A DNA stretch of 64,000 bases from Marsupella aquatica (taxonomy: Eukaryota > Plantae > Marchantiophyta): contig OZ316891.1 in NCBI GenBank assembly GCA_973895155.1, positions 11,468,771-11,532,770 of the forward strand. The letters are read 5' to 3'. Numbering within the stretch: position 1 is the first letter of the stretch; each line of letters opens with the position of its first letter. Positions 38,801 through 52,959 of the stretch are shown one piece after another. The position numbers and the translations under genes are program-made. The notes beneath the pieces are model-generated. The model was not told where the DNA came from. It saw only the letters and a program-made list of their open reading frames with translations, and searched no databases.

Positions 38801-39510
38801 TTTAGATATTTTTACTCTATTATACTTCACCCTCTGCCTCTTTTTTCCCCCTTTTTTTCTTTTTTTTTACCCTCTGCCTCTCTTGACATGATATTTACCA
38901 CAACATATTTCATTCACAACATTCAGGCATCTGGGTCTGGTAAGTACTGCAATTAAGAAAGCATTTCCTTTGGAGCTCAGATGTGGGTTACCTGGTAGAA
39001 TCTTCCAAGAGGGTTTTACTTTGTTTTTTCCCAAAGAGATAATAAAGACTAACACTAAGTTTCACCCATTGGAGTAGTTCAATTGAGTTACTAGGTAGAT
39101 TCTTCCACCTACTGAGTGGGTTGTAGTATTTATTCTACTTGTTCTTGCCTCAAAAACCTAGTGGAGATGAAGATTCACACACATTGCAGGAGCTCAGGTG
39201 AGCTAGTGGGTAGATTCCAAGAAAGGATTGCATCTTTCACTTTCTCTTCATTTTGTCTCAACAAATTAAGAGAAAGTGACCAATTTACTATCTTAAATGG
39301 GCCACACAAGTACAATGAAGTAACATCAAATTTAAGAGGTATGGAGAGGATAAACACTAAACCTCAAGGGTCATTTTACTACAAAACCCAATGGGACCAG
39401 AGGTGATCCAAAAATGGTATATCCTCTGTTTCATATCTCTTATTAAGTAAAATATGTGATTTAACACTTCCACTGTAATATTGTGATTTGCTAATGGTCC
39501 ACATCCAGTG

Positions 39511-39950
39511 TGTTAGGTATCTACTCAAGGTCTAGGGTTATGACATGTAACCATAGTTAGGCTAACCATAGTCGGAGATGTGGTTAGGTTAACTGGGATT
39601 CACACTATATGCCCAGCGGTGTTTGCTTGGATAAGTGGAACTTAGGCTCATTGTTATGGGGCCACTTGAGAGATTATGAGAGCTTACACTGTGGAGACTT
39701 GGTATGGCCGACGGACTTAGAGTTCAGTAAAGCTCTCTTGTGTGTTCCCGTGGACGTAGCCTCGAGGAGGTGAACCACGTATCTCTTGTGTGGATTACTT
39801 GCGCATTGGATGTGTCATGTGCTTACCATTGCGATTTCATTTCCTTAGTTTGGAATTTGCGTTTGCCATCTTCTTTTGTGTTCATCTTGTCCTCTCTAGA
39901 GTATAACTCTTTTGCTTTTACTCTATTGTACTTCCTTGACCCTTATACAT
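39511..39950 (+). mobile_element. Probable solo LTR (Copia-like); diverged related copy at ~43290-43640
   Basis: Starts TGTTAG and contains the ccgtggacgtagcc...ggtgaaccacgt motif typical of plant Copia LTRs. taaccatagtc, tggaactta and ggagacttggt are shared with the 43.3-kb copy. Confidence 0.6.
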
Positions 39951-41911
39951 AAATTGGTCCTCTTTCACTCCATAAAGAGAAGCTAATGAACATGAACAGT
40001 CTTCTCTTCCAAAGGCTTAGTACTACTAGTCTGATCAATTGTTCTGATTCTCAATTTATTGGGGAGAAATGTCTATTTCTTGAAAAATTCATCAGAATTG
40101 GACTTACATGTAGACTGGTGCACCCCTTATGCCAAATCCCTAGCTGACTAACATTGAGGTAATGCAAAATAATGTACCCAATTTCCCATCTCCCAGAGTT
40201 TTTAAATGCCACATAGTGACTGTAACCTTGCATGCATGTAGCTTTGCAAACCATGACCAGATTGTGCAGTCCTATCATTCTTGCTTGCATTTGAGTAAAT
40301 ATCAAAATTAAAACAATATGAATATGTTCTATATCAAAAGTCATCGCAAGACTTTTTGAGCTTGTTTGATGATGAAGAAGACTGTGATTTTCATGAATCT
40401 TCATCCTAAATAAAAACTTCACACGTGCTTGATGGATTCTTTCTCATTAACCTAGACTTAGAGACTATGATTGCTATTTAAAAAATACTAGCCTCAACTA
40501 CCCCGTTTTTTTAACCTAAATAGGGGGGAGGACAATATATTTCACCAAAATATACTTTTTATTTGCATTTTTAGAAGGTAAATGAAATGTAAAAAAAAAC
40601 TATCATGAATGTCATGATTTTAATAATCATACATAACATATCATACTATTTTCTATGCACATTTTTAATATAAATAGAATTCATAACAAAAAATATGCAT
40701 AATTATCATTTGACATACATCATATGAATTTTCTCATCCACATGATTGGCCCTGGAGTTATTCTCTAGAGTTTTCACTCTAGAAGCCTAGGCCTATAGCT
40801 TGTAGTTGGCGCTTTATTTTGATAATGTCTAGCTTCATGGTCAAACAAGATCACTGGTATCACATCCCCAAACAGTCTACAAAAGGACTCTTATGTTAGA
40901 TTGTGAAAAATTAAGAAGCTAGTAAGTGATGTAAACACTATAATATGCAATCAAGTTCTTTATTTCGGGTTGTCGGTTTGCAAAATGTCATTTGGGCAGG
41001 AAACCTCCTTGGCTGTTTGATTATGGTGACTTTTTTCCTAACCATAAGAAGAGCCTAGACTATGAACCTTTTCCATGCCCAAGCCAGTACTCTTCCTGCA
41101 GTTGGCACACTCCTTGAAATCTACATTAGTGACCAGGCAGACTCCCAGCAGCATCCTTCTGCCTGGCCATCTCACATGACAGCATTTCAGTCCAACATCA
41201 CTTAGTAGCAACAGTACTATGCAACAACTCAAAGGCCTTGGGTACGTGGAACTAAGACAGTACAGGAAGAACATGGCAGAACTACAGTAGTCATATGAAT
41301 ACTACTCATTTTGATCCTCGTTCCACATTTTATGTTATTGATGTTGCTAGGTTTCACTAGCCAACTTAGCAGTGCTCTCCAGACTTCTATTTGTTTAGCT
41401 TTATCTAGAGGTAAACCAAGGGAAACCAAGCGAAACCAAGCCTTAGTGGCCAGGCCGCACAACTGGACCTACTACATTCTCCTCAATAGCTCTAATCCTC
41501 ATGTTGACTCATCTATCAGTGTACCCATTCCTGTTACCTTGTATGATCATGCACAAGGAATAGTTTTGTACGGGTTTGAAGTGAAAATGAAAACTTTGTG
41601 CTTTGCACCTTAAAATAAAAGACTGGAAACGACCAAAAAGCTGGAGGGATGACCCAGCTGTATTGACTACTGTTTTGATTTTTTGACTGCTATATTCGCT
41701 TGTTTACAGACGGACCCAAAGCATCCTTTTTTTCAGTTTTATGCTTTATTTATCACAAACTTAATGTGTTGTATTTTATTGAAATATTTAAAAGAGATAA
41801 TTTCTTAAGATGGCTATGATTAGGGTGGACAAGAAGTGGCTGGAGGCTACAACGGGGAGGTAGCTGAGCCAATTATAGGAGACATCGGGCAGGGGAGTTT
41901 ATTTGATTGCC

Positions 41912-41947
<36 letters not shown>

Positions 41948-42090
41948 TTTCTTGTTCACAAAGAAATCAAATAAGTTTAGTTTGTGCCCACATATGCTTT
42001 ACTGCTTGTAAGGAGCTTCATGCTTTTCAAACAGGCAACATCTGCTGATTTAAAAAAAAACAAAAAAACAAAAAACAAAAAACAAAAACA
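41912..42090. repeat. (GA)n and (AAAAAAC)n microsatellites
   Basis: Seen directly. Confidence 0.9.
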
Positions 42091-45000
42091 TCTGCTGATT
42101 TCATTCACAACGTGAAGGGACTAAGAATTAAACTTTGGAATAGTTTGCACTATAATGATTTAAGTACAAATATTGTATTTTTAAATGCAGCTAGATTAAT
42201 GGCATCTAAATGTGACTCAAGAACTCTACCAGAGGGGTAACTCCAATATATATATACAAAGTCGATGGTGATCAAAAGTATATGCTATCATGGTCAGGTC
42301 AACTTGGGACAAGCTTGTTCTTGGCAAGAGCAGGTGGGTCAATTATGATGAGCATCTGTTGTTGCTGAATATTGGCTTCCATGGACACATATTATTAACC
42401 TTGTTGATAAAAATAGGCATCTGGAAATTGGTCCAACCAGTATGACATTACTAGCTGAAATATATCCTACTACTTTGCACTACAAGTATTAATGACACAG
42501 TTACTCATCCCGTTGTCACAATGTTGTGTGTGAATTCCAAGTTTGTAGCTACCGAAGAAAAATTGAGCTTTCCAACAAAACAGTGTTCATGGTACCATGG
42601 ACCGCCAGCACACTCACTTTGAGTGGGTTGAATTCGAAAGGGCGTGAAATCAGACCAGGGTATCATTGATTCCGTCTTTCATACAATAATGTTACTAGCT
42701 CAATAGGTGTGCATCGCACAAGTGCAAAAGATGTAAGCTCTTGCATGAAAGATGTCATTGCAGAGAAGATGACATTTGAGTAAAAGATGTTACTGGGGAA
42801 GTATATCATTGTGCAAAAATTGTCATTGCATAAATGTAAAGAATGATGGCATGTTGCACAAAAGATGTTGCTGCATAAAAGATAACATTGCCGAAAACAT
42901 ATAATTGCAAAGAAAAGCACAAGTTGCAAGATGGGTGATGACAATCTTGGGATGTGGGATCAGTTGGCAGCAACACGGTCTTATTATCGCTTGAGCATAT
43001 TTTCTGACTAGAGGATGGACCATGGATATTGCAAAACAAGCTAAGCATACCTTGTGTCAGAACCAAACCTCATCATTTCTGATAATGATACTTTCCCTGT
43101 CCTGCTCTTTCCACAAATGACGAACCATATGTTTGAGTAATTAAATTGACAACATTAGGCTATGTTTTCTCACTTTGAGATGTACCCTTTTTTTGTACAT
43201 CTCAAAATATGATAGTGATACACCTTTTTTGGTGATGAAAGGAAGGAGTGAGGTGGGACACAAAAGGTCTTTGTACCTTGTTATAATGTATGTTGGCCAT
43301 TTACTCCTGGTCTAGAGTTACCATGTAATCATTGTTAGTCTAACCATAGTCATATTGATTAAGGTTAGATGTGCCAGTGAGTACTACACTCACAAACAGA
43401 ACTTAGCATGTGAATGGAACTTAAGTTCATTTTTAAGGAATTATCCAAGAAATAAATATGGAGAGCTTAGCTTCTGGAGACTTGGTTTGGTCAACAGTTT
43501 TAGAGTCAAATACATTTTATTTTTTGTTATTGTGTACATAGCCTTTGGTGAAGTGAACAGGCATATCTTGTGTTGACTATTTGTTTATTCTTTGCATGTT
43601 GCACATATTGCATGCTATCTTTGAGTAATGGTCATTTACTCAACATAGACAAACACAACCAGGTTAAGTAAATTAAATACAATTTCAAAAACTTATTTCT
43701 ACAAGTAGCGTTTGTTTACCCCTCCCGCCGCCGCACCCCCCCCCCCCCCACACACACTCGCCCCCACAGTCTTTGTTGCTTTGGATTTTACTTTCCAATT
43801 TCCAATTATTTTACCATTCCTGGGTGAAACCAATTTTGCTGGCGTCACGGCAAACACAAATGGGTTTGTGATTTGCCACAAACATAAACAATTTTGTTTG
43901 CTGCAGAAACCATTGATGTGGTGGCACATTGTGCTAAGAATTTTTCAAATGACTTGTCAGGGGGGTCCATAAATTCAAGGGATTAATAATCAACCGAGGA
44001 AAAATTTCAAAAAAAAAGAGGCTGAGTAATTGAAAAAGGTCCATACAAACAAACAAACCACCCTTGTAAATGAAATCAAATGGCAAAAAATCATCATTCT
44101 ATGCAGGTTAGGGGTTTTCTGTGTTAGTGACGACATAAACAATAATTAGAGTCACTTTGGGGGCAAATCCTAAAATAAGGGTGAAACAAAACCTCAATGT
44201 CTTATTAGTTATTTGGACGGAGTTTACACGCACAAGCAGATTTTGCAAAAAATATCTTACACTTGAGACAAAGGAAAGGGGAGGAGAATATTGAAATACC
44301 ATGATGGGAGAGGGGACACCATGATAAGTTTACAAAAGGAAGGCTGTACACTAAGGAATGATATGAATTTATGAAACATCCGCCAACTTTTTGGACAATA
44401 TCTACATCTATAGGAGCGACTCCAACATTCCTGGCTATGGTTATTGTAGCTAGCTGTTGACTTGTAGACCAAACCCAATAACGCAAACACAAAGTCAGGT
44501 GGAACCCATTTACTCTAACACTATCTGACTTTCAGGGACTGGGTTTTGGTTGCTAGATTTGTATACTAAATATAATATACACTAGCTGACTTTCTGCTGG
44601 GTTCGTTGCTTGGTTTTCATGATTTCAATCTCAATCACCAGTTGCTGATTTCCATTTGTAGGAAAACTATCAGTTGAGGGTTGGGGCTTACTTTCAGTTG
44701 GCTATGATAGTTACTTACCATACACTAATATACGTACGTTGCATGTACTCCTTGCCGAAACAAAAACTCAATAGAATTGGAGATACTCTAACCAGGGATC
44801 TAGCCAAACACGCTTCCCCTGGTTGCCTAACAAACTTGGCAGGATAAAACTTAGACTATCGTCCATAATTTCAAGGTTGTGTTTCACTGTTGGGATAGAT
44901 AGGACCAGATTAAATGGGGTCAAAGGGCTGATAATGTGATAATGTGAGGGGAGAGGTAATATTGTATTTTATTCTAGCTATTGCGTATGCTATATGTATG

Positions 45001-46735
45001 GAGGTGGTACATGATGATAAGTCAATAATTATGTCTGAAGTACTCAAGTACTTAGAGATATGATGGTAATCAGTTACTGATGGTGGGCCTGTACCTGAAG
45101 GTACCTTACTCTGGTACAGGAGTGGTGCTAAGGGGATTGTGTGGGCCTAAGCCAGTTTTTTGTCCTTTTTTTTTGAACAACTTCTTACTAATAACCTGTC
45201 CCCCACATTACCTGAATTTACTAAGGTATCCCCCAAACTAATTTGTTACTTACCTCATCTCCATTTCATATGTAGGTTAGCAATGCCCCAGTAGACATAA
45301 CTCAACCTCTGTCCTCATTAGTGTATGTATGTCATTGCCATGTGGCAAGGCACCACTGGATGTGGGCTTGACCCGCCCATCTTGCCCATTCCTGTGCTCC
45401 GGTCAAAAGTTCGAGGCCAACAGCCAAAGGCTGGGACTTGGTGATCTTGAGGACCCTTGGGTGGTTCTTGGTGTTGCAATGCTCAATGATGTGTGCTTTG
45501 GCTATTTGGATCTGTTTATCTCTCTCTGTGCCCGTTCTTTGTCGTGACAGTCATTGCAATACATTGGGCACAGTGTTGTGTTTGAAAAAAGACAATTTTT
45601 CTTGGGTGTTTGAGGGGGGGGGGAGAAAGGCAACCCAAGTGTGGGTGAACAGGCCACTCATCCAGACCTACCACTTTGAAGGAAAACCTTAAAATTATAG
45701 AAAACCAAGCCCAAAACCAATGTGTTGCAACAGAGAATGAGAATTTGATGCCCCATGGATCACAAGGTTGATATTTGAAACTCCCATTGGGGAGATGTTA
45801 GGAGTAGATAAGCTACACTTGCATCAAATTGGCAGTAAATTTTGGCCATTTTGTTTGAGTTTTACACCATAAAATGCAGAGGGTTCAATTTCATTAGATT
45901 AATTTTATTGTTTTAATATGAAATATTTGGGTGTGTGTTTCTATGTCTCCTCCTTCTCCAGTTGCTTTGCAGGTGCAAACTAAAACTTATTTTATGACTC
46001 ATAGTCATCAAGTTATCGACCACCCAAAACATGGTCCATGGGAGTACTGTGTCCAACATGGTGGTCCATCCTGGTTTCAGTTTTGACAAAGTGAAGAAAG
46101 CAGCACAAAAGAAAAGGTTGGCATGAAAACTGCTTTAGCGACCAAATCAATGTTAAAAAGGTTTCCAAAGTCTCAAAAGCAATCATAACTAAGTGATGAG
46201 TTCAGTACGGGTATGTTGTCTTCATGCAGTTTGTTGCAAAGGCTCAATGGCTATGTAAAATATGCAAAGATTGAAAAGCGAGTGCGATGAGGGGTCCAGT
46301 AGTAAAGCGAGAAGAGTAGGGATGGGAAGGGAGGCCCATTCCAAAGAACAAGGACCATGGTGACACCAGCAGATTTGTAACAATTCTAGGACGGTACAGA
46401 ACTTGAAGTTTGGACAATAACATGTGACAGAACTATACTACTGCTCAGGAATCGTACACAACTTTCACCTTTGATCCAGGCGGGCTCAACATTTTTGGGT
46501 GATTTATCCACTCACAACTACCAAAAGGACTGCACTTCCCCTACAAAGGAAAAGTGCATTTTTGGAGCCCTACTTGCCTGTCTACTTGCCAAAAACTGAC
46601 TGATGGCCTAAATCTATTTACCTAATGAACCATCATGTTTATTTACTGCATTGCCACCCAAAGCCTAGAGTAAAGTGAAGCAATCACCAAGGTGCTTCTC
46701 CTGTAGTGCCCCCATTTGCCAGCATTTTGGTCAAT

Positions 46736-47455
46736 CAGCTTTTTACTAACCTGTCCCCAAAACTGAGCTAAATTACTAACCTACCCCCAAAATTATTTTA
46801 ACTGCTAGGTCGCCCTCCATATTGTATACATGGGTTACATTAACAGTTTTAGTTAACCCAGGGTGATTTCTCATTGGTGGACTTACATATTGGCTCCGCC
46901 TTACCCTGGCCAAGTTTATCCTCACTGGGCTATTCTTTCCCATTTGTTGAATGAGCCCTTCACCAAACAGGACTGGCCGTCCCCCTCTCGAGCTCTAAAT
47001 CACAATGACCCAGCTTGAATCAGGTGGTAGGCCCAAATGTGGGTTTGTTTAATACACATGGAAATATGTATACTGTTGGGGCCTCTTTCCTTCAGAAAAG
47101 TGGGAGTAGGGTGGATCATCAGGACCCAAGGAGCATCAGGCCCCTATGGAGTGTGGGACCCCATTTTTGAAGGGAAATTGCAGCACCCAGCCAAGGGGGT
47201 GGGGCCGCCCTGGTTGGTGCAATGCTTGTTCAAAAAATGGGAAAGAGCTAGCAGGGTGAGGGTAAGCTTGGCCAGGGTAAGGTGGAGCCAATAGCGCCTT
47301 GCCACATGTTAGTCCACCAATGAGAAATCACCCTGGGTTAACAAAAATGGTTAATGTAACATATACAATATGGGGGGCAAGCTAGCAATTAAAATAATTT
47401 TTGGGGGTAGGTTAGTAATTTAGCTCAGTTTGGGGGACAGGATAGTAAAAAGCTG
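46736..47455. mobile_element. Non-autonomous Mutator-like foldback element (MITE)
   Basis: ~200-bp TIRs (cagctttttactaacctgtcccc... / ...ggggacaggatagtaaaaagctg). 10-bp TSD tttggtcaat at 46726-46735 and 47456-47465. Confidence 0.92.
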
Positions 47456-49744
47456 TTTGGTCAATAAGCTGTCTTCCGAAGGTTGAGATATTGCTTATTT
47501 GTAACTAATCACTCTTATGAGATTGGGCAGCAAGTGCATCCTTTGCAAACTGTGTTGATGGCCTAAGGGAACCATTTTCTCCAACCTTGGATTTTGTGAA
47601 TGAACATTATTTATTCCTGTCAGGTCTTCCAAGTTGCCACATCACCTCAATTAAGGGCTGACTTGTTTCAAAATTCCCCACCACTTTCTCTATGGAGGGT
47701 GCCAATTATCCTCCTATTATGGTATTGTGGGTCGTCATTTGGCAATCGTGACATATCTGCAAAAAACCATTTCTTCAAGGGATTACTGTAGGGAAGATCA
47801 GGTATGCAGAAAAGTCAATATTATCTTCTTTCAAATTATAGCTCACTGCCATAAATAAGTTTTCTCAATTTAGTGTTTTACTAAAAATAATGTACACACT
47901 GATAAACCGTGTGAATTGTGTGAAATGTGGCCACATTGAGGTGAGTCTATTGTTATCTAGGCAAGGATCCAGGGTGATTTGAGTGTAGTCTAAGTTGAAC
48001 TACTCAGGATTCAAAGAGTGGCTGAAGCTATGCAAGAGGGTTGGGATGTGCTGTGCTCTACCTTACCTGCAGTTCTGCTGGAGCAAAATGAGAGAACCAG
48101 AACAACACAATTTGAGTTCACACCACTACCCCACAAACTCAACCAGAGTTTCATGAGTCAATTTGTCTCACTGCCAAGTTTATGGTTACTCATTTGGCAA
48201 GCTTAACAGCAGTGATCATGTTTCATTTCACCTCGCGTGGTTCTTTAAAGTATAACTCTATGGACTGAGATTTAATATTTATTCATTGCCCTAATCAGAT
48301 GGTTCCTGTGCCATAGTGCCATCTCTGCTTGTGCAATAAATATAACTATTAGAAATTTTGGGCTCAAATAACCAAGCGAAGATCAAAACATAATGGTTGT
48401 CCTTATGAAAGTTGGAAAGAATTTGTCACAAAAAGTTCAAGAATATTTGAAGCATCCAGGTGAAGCTACTTGTCAGTGTATACATTTTTAAAACTAAAGA
48501 AAGGAGAACTGACAGGAGAAATATATTAGGAAAGTTAGTAATGCTTGGATGGATCACTCCCACTAACTCTACCACCCGGATGACCAAATTACTCTTGATC
48601 ATAAAAGTATGATATTTCACAAAAGAAATCTGCTATCTGAGTGCATACACAAGAGGTTTTTTTGGCAGTCAATTTGGGTTCTGCTAGTCCATTTGGCATT
48701 TTCCCAGACATTTAGGTCACTTGGGGCTTCAGTTTCAATATTTCCTCAGTGTGCTGGGAAGTTTTGGGGTGAGGCAAGTCCTAGCACAGCTAAGGCATTC
48801 AATCTAGTAACTAATACTTTGCAAGACTGACATGCTTTCAGGTGAGGCAAAAGGTGGGGAAGGCAACTGTGAGCCTTGCAAAGCTTGGGAATTCAGGTTG
48901 GTAGTTTATATCTCACAAAGGTCATGAGCAAATCATTGTAAACCTTAAGGTTTTTCTTTTTTGCAGGTATGGTAAAGGTCACCTTGTGTGAATGAGGAGA
49001 TGGTGGGAATATTAGTTATCTAATCTTACTAGATTACTTTCTCACCAACAGATCTCCCTAGTTTTGACCCCACTGACCTAGTTGATGGACCGAAACAAAA
49101 AACCTAGCCAATTGCAGTCAAAAGTTGAGAAGATTTTGTAACGAGGTGGGTTCCCCGGTGGGTCTAGTGAAGTTTTGCCACTACATGAACTTTTGCATGA
49201 ACCACAACAATGGTAGTGTAGATTGAGCTGCCTGTGAACCTGTATGGACTGCAACACTACCGGAACACTACCTTTTCTGAATCTGCCATGTAGAAATCTT
49301 ACTTTGCAAAGAAATACATTTTTTCTGGTCAACAACAACCTTGTCCATCCGGGTTACAAGGTTTGTGGGAATGGTCCATCCAAGCATTAGTATCATGTTT
49401 CTGGCCTTACCTCATTCCCTAAGATGTTTTTTTTTAAATGGCATTACTGTGGGGATCCATGGGGCTGAAATGGATTTTGTCATGTAAAGACTAAGAAACA
49501 TGACTCACATGGCATAGGGCCAATGTGAAATCATTATTCTGCAAAGAAAGGAAACACTGGACTGGACTGCATTGAGTAGAAATGGTCACTCAACTGTAAC
49601 CTTTCTTCCGTACAAAAGTGACTGTGGTAGTAGGGAGTCTCAAACCTGACAGGCCACAAAACATTCCCCAGCCGGAAAGTATCAGGTTTGCAAGGCGGTT
49701 GAGTGGTAAACCAAATATTTGCAAGTTTGCCACTTTCCAGAAAA

Positions 49745-50471
49745 AAACATGCTTGACCAGGAGCACCACCAAAACGCAGTGGTTTGAGATGTCCCATAGG
49801 AGAGACCATTTGAGTTCCAGGTAAACCTGCTTGACCATGACCACCACCAAAACCAAGAGGTTTGAGATGCACCATAGGAGAGGCCATTTGAGTTCGGGGA
49901 AAACCTGCTTGACCATGACCTCCACCAAAGCCCAGAGATGTCCTATAGGAGAGGCCACTTTAGTTTCAGGAAACCTGTTTGACCATGACCTCCACCAAAG
50001 CCCAGAGATGTCCTATAGGAGAGGCCACTTTAGTTTCAGGAAACCTGTTTGACCATCACCTCCACCACAACCCAGAGGTTTGAGATTCCCCATAGGACAG
50101 GCCACTTTAGTTTTGGGAAAACCTGCTTGACCATGACCTCCACCAAAATCAAGAGGTTTAGATGACCCATAGGAGAGGCCACTTTAGTTCCGGGAAAACC
50201 ACCCGAGAGGTTTGAGATGCCGGGAAAGAAGGGCGTCTCAAACCTTGGAGTTGCGGGAAAAAAATGATGCCCGAAACTATCAGTTTTGGTCACAATTCAG
50301 GGGTGTGTAGACACGGATTTGCGTGTCACGGGAAAAAAACGATGCCCTATCAGTTTTGGTCACAGTTCAGGGGTGTGCAGACACAGATTTGCGTGTCCGC
50401 CACTTTTTTCCTGGGAATCCATCAGTGACTCCGACTGGAGGCAGCAAAGAGAAGTTTGAGACGCCTTATAA
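49745..50471. repeat. Minisatellite of 70-78-bp units (continues at 55350-55450 after the Harbinger) plus a separate 70-bp duplication at 50279-50397
   Basis: aaacctgcttgaccatgacc.ccaccaaa...gaggtttgagatg.cc.ataggagaggccactttagtt starts at ~49745, 49823, 49901, 49971, 50041, 50119 and 55377. Confidence 0.92.
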
Positions 50472-51119
50472 GAGCATCTCCAACGCTGACGGGGTGTCTT
50501 TACGCTATACCTTTAATACAGCGCAATGGCCCAGCTATTATTGGGATGCGCTATATGCTTAACGGGGTTTGTCAGAATGCAACCCCGCTGGTTACGGGAT
50601 AGTTTCCCTGCGCTATATGACATGGACACGCGTTACTTTATTGGCGAGGCACGTGGTCATCTGTGGTGCTTTCGCTCCCAAAAATTCAGGGTGTCTACTC
50701 TCTGAAGGCAATGCGCAAGCTTGCACCAGCTTGCGCGTTGGACATACTTCCGTTGACCTCTTGCTGCCATGAATTCTCACATCCAATTTCACAAATTTGC
50801 GCTCCTCTGTGCCCTGGCCTTGGCCTTTTGCTCTTGAACGCGCAAGTCTGTGCAATTGAATCCGTCCATCTCTCGAGAGTTTCGGCTGATATTGCTCCAT
50901 GAAATCAATGGCACACTTTTTTAAAGTCGTGGGTGGGTTGATACATTGGCACGAAATCGTAGTGGATTTCAACAATGTGCAATTGTTGATCGGAAAATGT
51001 GTATATGATAGGCCTCGCCTGCAAATGGAAATTGACACCCTCGCTACATCATCCTTTTCTATATGGTCGAACACAAATTCTCATTTTTTTCATCCTTCTG
51101 GACATTCTCTGTGTTCCAT

Positions 51120-52439
51120 ATGGAACGTGCTCAATTTGAACAATGGACAGCTGATCGGGCATTGTCTGATGATGACATTGAAGATGTCCTTGCTGATCAC
51201 ATCACCCAACTGCTTGAAGAAAGTGACATGCTGGAAGAGATGTCCGATGTCTTGAATCGAACACACGGAGGTTCGACAATTGGCCGCTCCCCAAACATAT
51301 TTTGTGATCATGTTGTAGGCCACGATCGAATTTGGGGAGATTACTTCTCACAGTTTGCAGCATTTCCACCTCACTTGTTCAGGAGGCGGTTTCGGATGAG
51401 AAGGCAACTCTTTATCCGCATTCACAATAAGATTCTCCCTGAAGATCATTACTTTGTGCAGAGGCCCGATGCTGTTGGGAAACCAGGCCTCAGCAGCATC
51501 CAAAAAATGACAGCAGCTTTGCGGATGATGTGCTATGGTTCAGCAGGGGATGCAGTGGATGAATATGTCAGGATTGGAGAGTCTACCGCCATATCTGCCT
51601 TTAAGCACTTTGTGGAAGCTATTGTGAATTGCTTTGGAGACGAATACCTTCGGCATCCTATAGAGGAGGATGTACGAAGGCACATGGAGATCAATCGAAA
51701 GTGAGGCTTCCCAGGAATGTTTGGGTCCCTAGATTGCACTCACTGGACATGGAAGAATTGCCCAGTGGGAGAGCAAGGCCAATTTCGAGACAAGGATGGT
51801 TTAAATTCAATTGTCCTTGAAGCAATTGCAACCTCAGACCTCTGGATATGGCATGCCTTTGCTGGTATTCCTGGATCTAATAATGACATCAATGTCATTG
51901 ATAGATCTCCACTCTTGGTAAACTTGTTGAATGGGGTAGCTCCAAATGTTACGTTTTCTGTGAACGGCCATGAGTACAAAATGTTCTATCTCTTGGCCGA
52001 TGGCATCTACCCTGACTACACCATCTTTATGAAAACCATACCCGATCCTCAAGGGGCGAAGAGGAAATGGTATGCCAAGCGACAAGAGTCAGTGCGGAAA
52101 GATGTGGAGCGATGTTTTGGTGTGCTTCAAGCCCGGTTTGCAATGGTGAAGAACCTTGCACGATGGTGGAGTTGAGATCAGATGCAATTGATATGGAAAG
52201 CAACAGTGATTTTACACAACATGATCATTGAGGACGAGGTAGACGAACTTGAGTTGACACAAGATTATTTGTTTGAGAGGAATGAGGCTCAGTGGCAGCA
52301 CAGGCCACGACCTCCACTGACATTTGCAGGGCTGACACACAATGTGGAATTGATTGCCAACGCTGAAAGAGCTCATCAACTGAGGGAGGATCTGGTAGAA
52401 CATTTGTGGCAAATCAGAAGTGAAGAAGACGAGGAGTGA
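51120..52439 (+). pseudogene. PIF/Harbinger DDE transposase (ALP1/HARBI1-like) with two in-frame TGA stops
   Basis: One frame throughout: FRRRFRM, GLSSIQKMTAALRMMCYG, *GFPGMFGSLDCTHW, SNNDINV, LADGIYP, RKDVERCFGVLQARF, ILHNMIIEDE, HQLREDLVEHLW. Stops at 51702-51704 and 52173-52175. Confidence 0.95.
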
Positions 52440-52959
52440 TTTAGTGATTAGCAGCTGATAGAGTTCAGCCTGGTACGAGTCCTTGGATAGGATACCATTT
52501 TATTTTCTCAGAAAGCTCTGTTTGAGCAATGTACCCTAAATTGTGGAACTGAATTCAAAGCCCCGGTTCGATCAATGCGTATGGAATTAAGGTTGGAATC
52601 TTCCCCTTCTCTTTCCCTATCACATGTGGTGGCCATTGGACTCGCACAAGCGATGCTGAAAGGTAACCACACAATTAATTGCAATTCGTGTGTGTACAAC
52701 GTCTAGTACCCACACAATACATTCAACGGTACACAGCTTTGGTATTCACGTCTTCACACAGTCTCACACAGTCTTGTGAGGCAGATTCTTAAGCCTTTGA
52801 CAACGCACCTCTGTATTCCTGAATCCCAATGCGGGTTCCCGTCTCCCTGAGGGTCCACCCACAGCGCTCGTCCATCACCATCTCCTTTGATTCTCTGAGT
52901 TCAACATCTCCATTTCCTTGAGGCAAGCTATTTGGCCTATATCCTCAATTTTCTGCACT

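Noticed and set aside
49534-50293. Gly-rich 26-aa repeat ORFs (HLKPLGFGGGHGQAG...) on the minus strand of the minisatellite, or a CRISPR-like reading of the array
   Set aside because: The 70-bp units break the frame. The array has no unique spacers and there are no cas genes, so it is a plain tandem repeat in eukaryotic DNA.
51702-51704. TGA read-through, selenocysteine or RNA editing restoring the transposase
   Set aside because: There is no supporting signal. A CpG transition is the simpler explanation, and plant U-to-C editing is organellar.
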